A DNA stretch of 64,000 bases from Pseudomonadota bacterium (GTDB lineage: Bacteria; Bdellovibrionota_B; Oligoflexia; Oligoflexales; CAIYRB01): positions 1 through 64,000 of the forward strand of contig JANOTL010000040.1 in NCBI GenBank assembly GCA_031416315.1, written 5' to 3'. The notes beneath the pieces are model-generated. The model did not search any database and was not told the origin of the DNA. It was given only the letters and a program-made list of their open reading frames with translations. Every line of letters begins with the position of its first letter. Positions within the stretch are counted from its first letter, which is position 1. Made by a program: the position numbers and the translations under genes. This document shows positions 1 through 11,606 of this stretch, piece by piece.

Positions 1-84
1 GTCTGCATGATCAAGCGATCGGGAAATTGCCGGGGAATCCGGCGAGAGCGAGGGTCGCGTGACGGACGCTATGGGTAGCGCCGC

Positions 85-137
85 GAGATCCCTCGCTCCG
101 CTCGGGATAGACCCTGGCGCGAAAGCGCCAGGGTCTA
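85..137. repeat. REP-like half element followed by a perfect 13-bp hairpin (possible terminator of the kinase gene)
   Basis: GAGATCCCTCGCTCCGCTCGGGAT (85-108), then TAGACCCTGGCGC-GAAA-GCGCCAGGGTCTA (108-137), just past the stop of the minus-strand kinase. Confidence 0.55.
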
Positions 138-138
138 G

Positions 139-1851
139 CTATGCCAGCGCCTTCTCGGTCGCTTCCACCACCAAATCCAGGTCCTTCGCCAGCACGTCAC
201 GCCAATACCCCAGAGCCTCGTACTCTTCGCGCCGATAATCGGCCGAGTCCGACGTCAGGATCAAGGTGCTGGAAGGCCAGATCTCGCGCAGGCGCTCGGC
301 CAACTCGATACCGTCGGGCTCTCCGGCTGAATAGCTCATGTCCATGACGATGCAGAGCGGCGCCATCGCGCCGTCTTCGCGCGCGGCGAGCCACTTCTGC
401 AGGTCCCACGGTCCGGAGAAGGCGCTGATGGTCGGCTCACCCCGGAGATCGCCGCGCAGGCGCTCGAAGAGCGCGTCGCTGAAGAACGGGTCGTCCTCGA
501 TGATCATCACTTCGGCGCTGCGGACCACGGCCTGGAGCGGCGCTGCCGCCGAAGACGCTTTCGCCTCCGGCTCCGCCGCGAGATCCAGCAGATCCGAGGC
601 CGGGATGCGGCACTCGAACTCGGTCCCGTGCTCCGGGTCGGAACGGCAGACGATCTCGCCCCCGTGCGCCTGAACGATGCGCTGCACGATCGTCAGGCCG
701 AGGCCGCGGCCATGACGCTTGCCCTTGGTGAAAAACGGCTCGAAGACCATGCGACGCTGGGCCTCGTCGATGTAGGAGCCCGTGTTGTGGACGGTGAAGG
801 TGACGCCGTCGCGCGACTCGATCGAAAGGACGGCGGGTTGATCGCCGATCGCCTGCACGGCGTTCTCGAGGAGGTTCAGCAGCACGCGGGAAAGGCGCTG
901 CTCGTCGGCCCAAAGCTTGTGCCGATGGCGCAGCGCGACGCGGACCTCGATGTGGGGCGGCACGCCGTCCGGGAAGAGCATGTCGAGCGCGGAACGCACC
1001 AGCGTCCGCAGCGAGACGTGATCATGGCTCAAAACCTGCTCGCGCCCCAAATCCATGATGTCGGCGAGCATCGCGTCGACGCTGCGCACGGCCGACCGCA
1101 CCATGCGATCGACCGCATCGGCGTCGGTCTCGGCGTCACGGCGGCGCATGATCTCCAGCGCGGAGCTGAGCATCGAAAAAGGGCGCTTGATGTCGTGCGC
1201 GAGCATTTGTGCCGTATGCACCATCGACGCGGATTTGCTGAGCGCCGTCGCCTTCCGCACCAGCGGCTGAAAGACGAGGCGATTCACCATCGAGAAGACG
1301 AGGAACCAAAAAAGCACCGCGACCGTGACGATGACGACCATGAGCCCGAGGAGCCGCGGCGCCGTCGCCGTCATGCTGCTGCCGCCCCAGGTGCACGCGA
1401 CCGAGAGCTCGCCGAGGTAGAGATCGCCGAACCAGAGCGGCACCGCCCAGGAATCCAAAGCCGCCGTCGGCCGCGCCAAAAACTCCGCCCGGCCGGCGCG
1501 GCCGCGCTCCAAATCGACGGCCCCGCGGCCCGCGGCCGATTTCGCCATCGGCGTGAAGCGCATCTCGACCTTGGCGCCGGAGTGCAGGCTCTCCTCGATC
1601 GACGCGGCGCGGATCGCCAGCGTGTCGAGCTTCAAGTACGTCTCTTCCGCGATGGCCTCGTAGTCCATGCGCACTTGCCGCGCAATCAGGTCTCGCTGCA
1701 GGCCGCGGGAATCCATCTCGAACGTCCAGAGACGGTAGAGCAGGACGCTCGCGACCGCGGTCGACATCAGCATGACGAATGCCACCGTGATCCACCGCCA
1801 GAGGCGAAAGATGCGGTGCCAGTCGTTGCTGATCGCGGCGGAGTGACTCAA
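139..1851 (-). CDS. Membrane hybrid sensor histidine kinase (HisKA-HATPase-receiver)
   Basis: Two TM segments; H-box AHDIKRP, N-box LLNLLENAVQA, FEPFFTKG, GRGLGL; receiver IIEDD..VMD..TS..AK. TTG start overlapping the upstream stop is inferred. Confidence 0.9.
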   Translation of the reverse strand: MSHSAAISNDWHRIFRLWRWITVAFVMLMSTAVASVLLYRLWTFEMDSRGLQRDLIARQVRMDYEAIAEETYLKLDTLAIRAASIEESLHSGAKVEMRFTPMAKSAAGRGAVDLERGRAGRAEFLARPTAALDSWAVPLWFGDLYLGELSVACTWGGSSMTATAPRLLGLMVVIVTVAVLFWFLVFSMVNRLVFQPLVRKATALSKSASMVHTAQMLAHDIKRPFSMLSSALEIMRRRDAETDADAVDRMVRSAVRSVDAMLADIMDLGREQVLSHDHVSLRTLVRSALDMLFPDGVPPHIEVRVALRHRHKLWADEQRLSRVLLNLLENAVQAIGDQPAVLSIESRDGVTFTVHNTGSYIDEAQRRMVFEPFFTKGKRHGRGLGLTIVQRIVQAHGGEIVCRSDPEHGTEFECRIPASDLLDLAAEPEAKASSAAAPLQAVVRSAEVMIIEDDPFFSDALFERLRGDLRGEPTISAFSGPWDLQKWLAAREDGAMAPLCIVMDMSYSAGEPDGIELAERLREIWPSSTLILTSDSADYRREEYEALGYWRDVLAKDLDLVVEATEKALA

Positions 1852-2984
1852 GGCAGGATCTCCCGCTCGAAGGCGATGGCGGCGTCCTTGATGGTGCGGA
1901 TGAACACCGACTTCTGCGGGTCCTGCTTGCCGTCGAAGGCGATGGTGCCGCCGAGGCCGTGGATCTTCTTGCCGCCTCTGATCTGCTGCGCGAGCGCCGC
2001 CTGGTTGATGCGGCCCTTTGGCCAGCCCATGCGGTCGAGCGCCGTCAGGATGATCAGGCCGGAGTCGTAGCCGATGGCGGCGGCGCCGTCCATCTTCAGG
2101 CCGGAGAGCTTCGTCAGGCGCTCGTTCGCGTCCTTCAGCGGCGCGCGATCGAGCGCGCCCGAATAGTGCGAGACCCAATGCGCGTCGAGCTCGAGCTTGT
2201 TCTTGATGACCAGATCGAGCAGGGCGTTGTTGGCCGCGAGGCCGTCGCCGCCGAGGTACTTCGCCTTCGTGAGGCCGGCCCTGGCCGCCTCGGAGATGAA
2301 GCGCGCGCCGGCTTGCTCGTAAAGCGGCAGAAAAATCAGCTCCGGCGTCGTCTTCGTGAAGCGCTCGATCGTCGGACCGAACGACGGCGTCGTCGGCAGG
2401 ATACGCTCGTCGGCGACGATCTTGCCGCCGGCGGCGGTGAACGAAGCGGCGAAGAGCTTGGCCAACCCCGTGCTGTAGACTTGCGTCGCGTCGGCGACGA
2501 TCGCCGCCGTCCGCACGCCGAGCGTCTCGTAAGCGTACTTGCCGAGCTGGACCCCTTGGAAGTCGTCGGAGAAAGTGGCGCGGAAGACGAGCTTCTTACC
2601 TTCGGTCACGGCCGGCGAGGTGGCGAGCGTCGTCACCATCACGATGCCGGCTTTTTCCGCCATCTCGGCGGCGACCAAGGCCTTCGAGCTGTGCACCTCG
2701 GCGATGATCGCGTCGGGCGCGGCCTCGATCGCTCCTTTCATCGCGGCCTGCGTGCCCGTGGCGTTGTCGCCGGAGTCGAAGCGAATGAACTCGACGGGAC
2801 GAAGATTTTCCTTGGCGCGGTCGGCGACGAGGAGATCGAGCCCGGCGGCGATGTTCTTCGGCTCGACCCAGCGACCCTTGAAGTCGAAGACCAAGGCGAT
2901 CCTCACCGGCTCCACGGTCGGCGCCGCGGCGACGAGGAAGAGCGCGGCGGCGGCGAGGACGGCGGCGCGGAGAATGGGGGGCAT
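1848..2984 (-). CDS. LivJ/LivK-like periplasmic substrate-binding protein
   Basis: Signal peptide MPPILRAAVLAAAALFLVAAA; TSPAVT, FRATFSDDFQG, YSTGLAKLF, GGDG, GYD motifs. Confidence 0.85.
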   Translation of the reverse strand: MPPILRAAVLAAAALFLVAAAPTVEPVRIALVFDFKGRWVEPKNIAAGLDLLVADRAKENLRPVEFIRFDSGDNATGTQAAMKGAIEAAPDAIIAEVHSSKALVAAEMAEKAGIVMVTTLATSPAVTEGKKLVFRATFSDDFQGVQLGKYAYETLGVRTAAIVADATQVYSTGLAKLFAASFTAAGGKIVADERILPTTPSFGPTIERFTKTTPELIFLPLYEQAGARFISEAARAGLTKAKYLGGDGLAANNALLDLVIKNKLELDAHWVSHYSGALDRAPLKDANERLTKLSGLKMDGAAAIGYDSGLIILTALDRMGWPKGRINQAALAQQIRGGKKIHGLGGTIAFDGKQDPQKSVFIRTIKDAAIAFEREILP

Positions 2985-3149
2985 CGGCTTGGCTCCTCGG
3001 GCCTTTGGGTTCTGCCAGCAGCAGAGCAAGCGGCGTTCCCCGGTAAGCCTGCGATCTCCTAGGCGCCGAGCCCAGCGGCCCTGACGAGATTCATGACACG
3101 TGTCCAGGCTTTCACGCCTCGCGTCCGGAATTTCCGCAAGTAAAACGCG

Positions 3150-3165
3150 TGGCACGCTTCTCGCT
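3150..3165 (+). promoter_or_regulatory. Candidate sigma-54 promoter
   Basis: TGGCACG-CTTC-TCGCT with GG and GC 12 nt apart, ~25 bp before ATG 3189; one mismatch to TTGC. Confidence 0.45.
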
Positions 3166-3188
3166 CAGCGGAAGGCCTGGAGATCGTC

Positions 3189-3893
3189 ATGAACCAAAAG
3201 CACACAATGGGTAAGCCGAGAGTCGGCGTCTTCTTCGGGACCTTCAACCCGATCCACCGCCGCCACCTGGAGATCTGTCTGGAGATGATGCGGGAGCGCG
3301 GTCTCTCGCAGGTCTACCTGCATTGCACCGTCGTGCCGCGCTCGGACCGCGAGGCGCTCGCCGCCGGTGAGATCCGCGTCGCCGACCGCCGCGAGGGCCG
3401 CATCGTCTACGAGACGACGGAGAAGGCCGACCCGGCGCGCAACTATTTTCGAACCGGCAACGAGTTCTATTCCTACGCAACTCGCGTCGCGCTCGTAAAC
3501 CTCGCGATCCGCGAGACCGGCAACGCCGGCCGCCTCCTCGTCCTCGACGAGCCGGCCGTCTACACGGCCGAAGGCTTCGCCGGCATCATCGACCTCGTGC
3601 GCGAGCTGCACCCGAAGGCCGAGCTGCACGGAGTCCACGGCTCCGACGTCGGCGGCATGCTGGTCCGCGGCATCTACGACCAAGCCGGCGTCGAGCCGTT
3701 CCAAATCGAGCGTCAAGACGAGGTCTCGGCCACGAAGATTCGCGCGGGCGTCGTCGGCATGACGACGCCCGGCGTGGACCGGGCGATCGGCTGCTTGCGT
3801 CAAGGCGTCTCGGGCTTTATCGCCGAAGGCGAGTTCTACCGCGTCGAGGGCCTCGACGTGCTCAAAATCTCGAGCCTACCGAAGCAAGCATAG
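3189..3893 (+). CDS. NadD-like nucleotidyltransferase (HIGH superfamily)
   Basis: VGVFFGTFNPIHRRH, HGSD and VSATKIR motifs. Confidence 0.7.
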   Translation: MNQKHTMGKPRVGVFFGTFNPIHRRHLEICLEMMRERGLSQVYLHCTVVPRSDREALAAGEIRVADRREGRIVYETTEKADPARNYFRTGNEFYSYATRVALVNLAIRETGNAGRLLVLDEPAVYTAEGFAGIIDLVRELHPKAELHGVHGSDVGGMLVRGIYDQAGVEPFQIERQDEVSATKIRAGVVGMTTPGVDRAIGCLRQGVSGFIAEGEFYRVEGLDVLKISSLPKQA

Positions 3894-4575
3894 TGCTTTC
3901 ACCGATCACGGTCGCCTCGGCGCGCATCGTCAAAGCATCGAGCAGGAACTCGCTGCCGACCTTCAAGTTCAACGGATCCTCGCGCTCGACATCTTCGCTA
4001 AAGTCGACGCGGCCGACCGAGACCTCGACCTCACCGTCGCTGATCGGTACCAGCTCGACGCCGCCGTAGGGGTGAACCACGTCGTTGACCGCGAAGGAGA
4101 CGACGCCGCCGACGTGGAGGTCATGGGTCGTCATTTCGACGTTGTAGTCGTCGTCGTCATAACTCTCCGACTGATACGACAGAAGTCCATACGGCGAGAC
4201 ACGCATGCGTCCGGATTGATACGCGAGGCCGCGCACTCCCACGCCGACGATGAAGCCTTTGCCGTCGGGGTCGACGCCGTCGATGTCGGAGTCGGCGATG
4301 AATCCGGCCTGGCCGAGGAGATCGACGCGCGGCGACAGCGCATACGCGATCTCGCCCGTCAACAAGGTGCGATCGACGCTGAAATCATCGTCGCCGCCGA
4401 ACGCGGCGTCGTCCATCTCGTAGTCCATGTCGGAAAGCGCGAGGTCGCCGCCGACGCAGGGATGGCAGCCGTTCGCGGCGCCGATCGGCGCGACCAGGTT
4501 CAAGGCCATGGCCGGAGCCGCGTAAACGACGCCCGCAAACGTGGCAAGGCAAGACAGACGCTGATGATATCGCAT
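3862..4575 (-). CDS. Outer-membrane beta-barrel protein
   Basis: Signal peptide, amphipathic strands, C-terminal VGSRF; ATG 4575 preceded by GGAGG. Confidence 0.75.
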   Translation of the reverse strand: MRYHQRLSCLATFAGVVYAAPAMALNLVAPIGAANGCHPCVGGDLALSDMDYEMDDAAFGGDDDFSVDRTLLTGEIAYALSPRVDLLGQAGFIADSDIDGVDPDGKGFIVGVGVRGLAYQSGRMRVSPYGLLSYQSESYDDDDYNVEMTTHDLHVGGVVSFAVNDVVHPYGGVELVPISDGEVEVSVGRVDFSEDVEREDPLNLKVGSEFLLDALTMRAEATVIGESTMLASVGSRF

Positions 4576-4656
4576 GTTCCGTTCCTCCGGTGGGCGTGAG
4601 ATCCTGATTCCGTGTTTCGCGCCGAAGCTCGATGCAAAAATGGAGCCCATTCGCTC

Positions 4657-5424
4657 ATGCCCTTCTTGCGCCTCGCCGCCGCCTTCGCCTGCCTCTTCGG
4701 ATCCGCCCTTGCTCTTTCCGAAGAAGAGCGCGTCGAGGTGCGGGACGTGAAGATCGACGGCCGTTCTTGCCAGCAAAACGCAACGTATCACGCAAGCGGC
4801 AAGCGCAGCTCGCTCATTGTGACCTGCAACGGCAAGCGGGAAGGCAGCTACGGCCGCTACGACGAGCGCGGAAAACCGCTGATCGAAGGCGGCTTCCTCG
4901 CCGATGCGCCGTTCGGAACCTGGACCTTCCGTGACGGCGAGGGCCGTCTGCAGTACAAAATGATCTTCATGGACGGCCACGCGAGCCAGCGCGTGCCGCC
5001 GCTCGCCGTCGGGGAGGGCGCCGGCATCGAGCTCTATGCGCATGTGAAGTCCCACGCCTTGCGCCTCGAGGTGGACGGCAAGCTGACGACGATCGGCAAG
5101 AAGCACGTCGAGACCTACCTCGACGAAAAGCTCTGGCAGGAGACGCAGCAGAAGCTGGAAAAAGCCTGGCTCGCGCTGGAAAAGGAGAAGCCCGCCTCGC
5201 CCTCCGCGAGCGAGACGGAAAGGCGCGAGCTGGCGCTGCGCAAGGGCAAGATGGTGCACCGCATCGTGTGCGGAAAGACCTGCCCGCTTGCGCTCGAGCC
5301 GGTGCGCGCGTTCGCCGAGGCGCAGCTTGCGGCGGCGGCCAAGGGTGAGGACCGTCTGGCGATCCTCGGCATCGAGCCGAGCGATTCCCCGGGTAGCCTG
5401 GATTTCCCGCCGGCGAAGCCCTGA
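4657..5424 (+). CDS. Secreted protein with MORN-2/YwqK-like repeats
   Basis: Signal peptide; NGKREGSYGRYDERGK and FGTWTFRDGEGR repeats. Confidence 0.6.
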   Translation: MPFLRLAAAFACLFGSALALSEEERVEVRDVKIDGRSCQQNATYHASGKRSSLIVTCNGKREGSYGRYDERGKPLIEGGFLADAPFGTWTFRDGEGRLQYKMIFMDGHASQRVPPLAVGEGAGIELYAHVKSHALRLEVDGKLTTIGKKHVETYLDEKLWQETQQKLEKAWLALEKEKPASPSASETERRELALRKGKMVHRIVCGKTCPLALEPVRAFAEAQLAAAAKGEDRLAILGIEPSDSPGSLDFPPAKP

Positions 5425-7484
<2,060 letters not shown>

Positions 7485-7510
7485 ATCTCCTCTGCTTCGG
7501 TCGGCGCTGC

Positions 7511-7876
7511 CTACTTTGCGCAGCCGGCGACGGTCTCGGCGAGGGCTTGGCGCCATAGAAGCGGGGCGACGCTGCCGGCGCGAGCCTGAGCGGTCGCGTC
7601 GGCGTTGGCGGCGCCGCCTTCGGCGAGGCGACGGGTCTTCTCGACCTTCTCGGGCAGGGCCTTCGCGACGCAGGCCTCGTCGAAGGTCGAGGCGGCCGAG
7701 GCTTTGCTCATCGCTTTCGAAGAGCCGGAGCCGGCGTCGTCGTCCTCGCTGGAGACGCTTTTCTTCTTGGATGCGCCGCTCTCTTTGGAGCCGCTGCCGC
7801 CGAGCCCGGCGCCGCCGGAGCACGACCAAGTCGCGGCGATCGCGAGGGCGGCGAGGAGCGTCACGATACGTCGCAT
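7511..7876 (-). CDS. Small hypothetical lipoprotein
   Basis: Hydrophobic leader ending TWSC, Ser/Gly linker, Cys pair; AAGGAG RBS. Confidence 0.6.
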   Translation of the reverse strand: MRRIVTLLAALAIAATWSCSGGAGLGGSGSKESGASKKKSVSSEDDDAGSGSSKAMSKASAASTFDEACVAKALPEKVEKTRRLAEGGAANADATAQARAGSVAPLLWRQALAETVAGCAK

Positions 7877-7885
7877 GGCGGCTCC

Positions 7886-9718
7886 TTAAGGCGTGTAGTT
7901 GACGTTGACGTTGAGCGACTGCGCCGAGGCGCCGAACGAGCACGTGTAGGTGAACGTAATCGAGCCGCGCGCCATGTGCGGCTTCGGGTCGAACTCGAAG
8001 CAGGCGTTGCCGCCGTCCGGGATGTCCCAGGAGCCGCCGACGTCGTTGAGGACGCGGCAGACGTTCGACGGGTCGCCGCCGGATCGGCTGTAGCAGACGT
8101 TGAACACCGTCTCGTAGGCCATGCTGCGGGTGAGCGTGCCAGGAGCTTGGACACCTCCGACGTTCAGGGCCATCGTCGGGGGTGCAGGATTCGCCGGGGC
8201 CGGGTCGGGAGTCGTCGGATTCGCGGGCGCCGCCGGATCCGGAGTGGGCGTGGGCGCGGCGGGATTCGGGGAGGCGGCGGAGGCTGAGCCCGCGGCGACG
8301 ATCTCGATCTCGCTCAGGAAGGTCCAGGCGCCGCTCGGGTTCGCGAGCTCGATCTTCACGGCGCCGCAGATCACCCCGCTCATGCGGGCTGTGTTGGCGA
8401 TCAGATATTCGCGGTCGTGCTCGCGGACGGCGAAGGGGCGTTGCCAGGTGCCGAGCAAACTGAAAGCGTCGCCGCCGTCCGAGCAGCTGATGGTGATGGA
8501 GTCTGGAGTCTGGATGCCGGCCCCAGCGTCGTTGTAGACGTGAACGCCGACCCAGGAGAGCTCTGACGGCTCGATGCGAGCGACGACCGCGGCATTGCCT
8601 TTAATGCCGACCCATCGCGAGTCTTGGAGGGACGTCGGATCGGCGGTGAGCGTGTCGTTCAGCTCGCCGCCGGCGTCGGGGTAGGTCGCGTCTGGCTGCG
8701 TCAGGAATTGGTACGAGGTCGGCTTTACGACCTTGCCGCCAAGACTATAGAGGCCGCGGTAGGCGTCGAGCAGACGGCCGGAGCCGGGGAATCTGTGCTG
8801 GTCGACCGTGCCTAAGTGGAACTGCGGAAGCCAGGCGACGCGTTTTGAGGCGGAGCGCGCGGCGTAGAGCTGCTGGTTCAGGCGATGGACGGAGGCCGGT
8901 GAGTAGGGCGCGCCGTCGAAGTAGACGAGCTTTCCATGGGAGAAGAGCTCGACGTCGGCCCAGAGGTGGTCGGCACCGATCGCGTCGCCGATGGCGGCGT
9001 AGTAGTCCTCGACACGCGGGCCGCGACCCCAATCGACGTTGACGGCGCCGGCGCCAACGCTGTCTTGCCAGGCTTCGATGGTGACGCCGGTCTGGTCGAG
9101 GAAGGCTTTCGCCATGGCCGCGATCTCGGCGGGTTGCTGCGTGACGCCGACGAGGTAGGGCGAGACGACGATGGGCTTCGGCGTCTTTGCGCGGATGATG
9201 TCCACGATCTTCTTGTAGTAAGGGATCATCGTCGCGTAGCAGAGCCCGGGCTCGTCGGAGATGTAGTAGCCGGCGAAGGCCGGGTGCGCGCCAACTATGG
9301 CTTGGATGTGCTCGACGGCTTTCGTCGTGTCGTTGGCGACGAGGGAGAGGTTGGGCTCAACCCAGAAGGTGGGGCAGCTTTCGAGCGATAGCACGGTGCC
9401 GATGTAAACTTGGACCCCGTGCGCTTGCGCAGCGTTCATGATCGAGGTGAGGCGATCGGGTAGGCCGGCGATCCAGCGGAAGTCGGTGGAATCACAGCCG
9501 CCGCTGCCGCGCTTGCGCGTGCTGGCGATGATCGCGGTGCTCATCTGGATCGACTGCAATTCCGCGAAATAGGCATCGATCTCGGCGGCGCTGAGGGAGG
9601 GGGTCGTATCGTCGTGGCCCAAGAACATGAAGGCGCCGTCGAGCGGGGCAGCTTCGGCCTCGGCAGCAAAGGCGACGAGAAGGACGAGAAACTTCAGGGC
9701 TTGGGTCAGCGTGCTCAT
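7886..9718 (-). CDS. Secreted DUF4434-type glycoside-hydrolase-like protein with beta-sandwich, Pro-rich linker and C-terminal domain
   Basis: Signal peptide; LDGAFM, GYYISDE, QDSVG, LWADVELF motifs; PTPDPAAPANP linker. Confidence 0.7.
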   Translation of the reverse strand: MSTLTQALKFLVLLVAFAAEAEAAPLDGAFMFLGHDDTTPSLSAAEIDAYFAELQSIQMSTAIIASTRKRGSGGCDSTDFRWIAGLPDRLTSIMNAAQAHGVQVYIGTVLSLESCPTFWVEPNLSLVANDTTKAVEHIQAIVGAHPAFAGYYISDEPGLCYATMIPYYKKIVDIIRAKTPKPIVVSPYLVGVTQQPAEIAAMAKAFLDQTGVTIEAWQDSVGAGAVNVDWGRGPRVEDYYAAIGDAIGADHLWADVELFSHGKLVYFDGAPYSPASVHRLNQQLYAARSASKRVAWLPQFHLGTVDQHRFPGSGRLLDAYRGLYSLGGKVVKPTSYQFLTQPDATYPDAGGELNDTLTADPTSLQDSRWVGIKGNAAVVARIEPSELSWVGVHVYNDAGAGIQTPDSITISCSDGGDAFSLLGTWQRPFAVREHDREYLIANTARMSGVICGAVKIELANPSGAWTFLSEIEIVAAGSASAASPNPAAPTPTPDPAAPANPTTPDPAPANPAPPTMALNVGGVQAPGTLTRSMAYETVFNVCYSRSGGDPSNVCRVLNDVGGSWDIPDGGNACFEFDPKPHMARGSITFTYTCSFGASAQSLNVNVNYTP

Positions 9719-9745
9719 GACAAATGTTGCTCGTGCAGTTTTACT

Positions 9746-10159
9746 TTACTGACAGCGGACGTTTCGCGGTGTCTCTTCACCCGAGAGCTCGAGCGCGCCG
9801 ACGTAAGTCTTCCCTTCGGCCTGCGCGACGAGCTTCCCGTGCTCGAACACGACGTCGAGCGCCGCGGCGTCGAGCTCGCCGTGACCGTCGATCTCGAGAT
9901 CCTTGCCGCCGGCGGCGTCGAGCCGACGCAGGAAGACGGCGACCGTGGTGCCGCGCTGCGGGTCGAAGCCGGTGGCCGCGATCTCCATCTCGTAGCGCGG
10001 CGAAGGCCCGTCGACCGCGCACACCAGAACCGTCCCGGGAAGAGCTTCGGCGCTGGCGCCCGCCAGGCTTGCGGCCTCATCGTTTCCGGAGCCTGTCGCG
10101 CGACACGCGAGCGGCGAGAGCAGGAGGACGGCGAAGACGAGCGCGACGGCGTGACGCAT
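9746..10159 (-). CDS. Hypothetical lipoprotein
   Basis: MRHAVALVFAVLLLSPLAC lipobox; coupled to the downstream hydrolase. Confidence 0.65.
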   Translation of the reverse strand: MRHAVALVFAVLLLSPLACRATGSGNDEAASLAGASAEALPGTVLVCAVDGPSPRYEMEIAATGFDPQRGTTVAVFLRRLDAAGGKDLEIDGHGELDAAALDVVFEHGKLVAQAEGKTYVGALELSGEETPRNVRCQ

Positions 10160-10320
10160 CTGGAAACCCTCGTGGCCCAAGACGTTCGGGCCCTTCGCCT
10201 GGCTTTTCGGCGCGTCCCGCCGCGGACTTTGCCGCGCCGCCTGGGCCGATCCACGAAAACAGTGATTTTCGGCTAGGGGCAAGCAGGGTTAGGATCAGGC
10301 TGCCAAACTGCGGAGTCAGC

Positions 10321-11595
10321 ATGCGGTTCATCTCGTTCGGGCCTGCGCTCGTCGGCCTCTTTTTTCTTGGCGCCCCGGCGCTCGCCCAGCAACCCGACTT
10401 CACTCTCAACGAGCCGAAACGCTCGGGCGATCGGAAGGCGAAAGCCAAAGCCAAGGCGCGCAAGGTCGACAACGGCCCCTACTACGCCGCGATCGGCGAG
10501 GGACAAACGCTCCCCGCGGGTGTCATCCGCGTGCGCGTGCCGTACAACTACGTGACGAGCGGTCACGGCTACGACAAGGACGGCCAGCGCCAGGATCTGG
10601 GCTTGAAGCTGAAGGCGACCGCGACCGCATTCGTCTTGGAGTACGGCGTCACCGGCCGCATGTCCCTGCAGCTGCTCGCACCCTACATTTTGAGCAACGA
10701 GCTCGGCCTCGACGGCACGACCTTCGCGAAGTCGGATCTATATAAGGAGAGGGTCGCGGCCTTCCTCGCCGGCGTCGCCTCGAAACTTCAAGCGCAGGGG
10801 ATCTGTCCCTCGCCCGAGGCCTGCGCCCGCCTCCTCGACGAGGGGTACTCGCTACCCGTAGACACTAGCGTAACCTTGCCGACGGGCGAGTCGCTGACTC
10901 TTAGAGCCGGCGTGCCGGTAAAGAGCTACGCTGGCTCCATCGTCACCGGCGCGGCGCGCCCAAAAGAGGGGCGCACGGGGCTCGGCGACGTCGAGATCGG
11001 CATGCTTTTCTCGGTGTTTCGCCGGTACAACTTCGGCATCTCGGTCGGCGCCGGCCTGCGCCTTCCCACCGGCTCTTTCGCCGACGTTCCCGCCGCGGAG
11101 CGCGGCACCGGCCGCGGCACCGTCGATTTCGGCCTGCGCACCAACGTCGACTTCGCCCCGGCGCCCGGGCTCTGGATCGGCTGGCAGAATCAGGCCGAGC
11201 AGATGCTTAAAGGCGGCACGAAGCGACAGACGAGCCTCCTCGACAACGGCGAGCTCACCGACGCCGAGGCACAGGAGCTCGAGCGCGTCGGCATCCGCAA
11301 CGTGGGCTTCTTCAAGGTCGGCTGGGGTCTCGGCACGCTCACGCAATCGCTCGCCTCGCTCGGCGTCCAGACGCAGTTCAAGTACGCGAAACAGTCCGAG
11401 GATCGTCTCGACAATGTCGCACAGGGACCCCGCGCCAGCTCGCAAGCTTTCCTCGCGGGCGCCTCGTTCGACGGCCTGGCCTATCGCCTCCCACTGCAAG
11501 TGGCCTACGACCACGAAGTCCCGATCGGCGGCACGAACGTAACGCTCGCCACGACCGTGCAGCTCCTGACGCTGAAGGCTTACTACAAATTCTAA
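10321..11595 (+). CDS. Outer-membrane transporter-like beta-barrel with a helical insertion
   Basis: Signal peptide; LEYGVTG, GLGDVEIG, LRLPTG, GTGRG motifs; C-terminal YYKF. Confidence 0.7.
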   Translation: MRFISFGPALVGLFFLGAPALAQQPDFTLNEPKRSGDRKAKAKAKARKVDNGPYYAAIGEGQTLPAGVIRVRVPYNYVTSGHGYDKDGQRQDLGLKLKATATAFVLEYGVTGRMSLQLLAPYILSNELGLDGTTFAKSDLYKERVAAFLAGVASKLQAQGICPSPEACARLLDEGYSLPVDTSVTLPTGESLTLRAGVPVKSYAGSIVTGAARPKEGRTGLGDVEIGMLFSVFRRYNFGISVGAGLRLPTGSFADVPAAERGTGRGTVDFGLRTNVDFAPAPGLWIGWQNQAEQMLKGGTKRQTSLLDNGELTDAEAQELERVGIRNVGFFKVGWGLGTLTQSLASLGVQTQFKYAKQSEDRLDNVAQGPRASSQAFLAGASFDGLAYRLPLQVAYDHEVPIGGTNVTLATTVQLLTLKAYYKF

Positions 11596-11606
11596 GGAGC
11601 GCGACC

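Noticed and set aside
1852..2178. N-terminal extensions given by the ORF track (also 9724, 20558, 54935 starts)
   Set aside because: They overlap neighbouring genes or terminators; downstream starts with RBS or signal peptides fit better
4657..5424. Toxin-antitoxin module suggested by YwqK-like repeats
   Set aside because: Only two repeats, a signal peptide and no adjacent toxin gene
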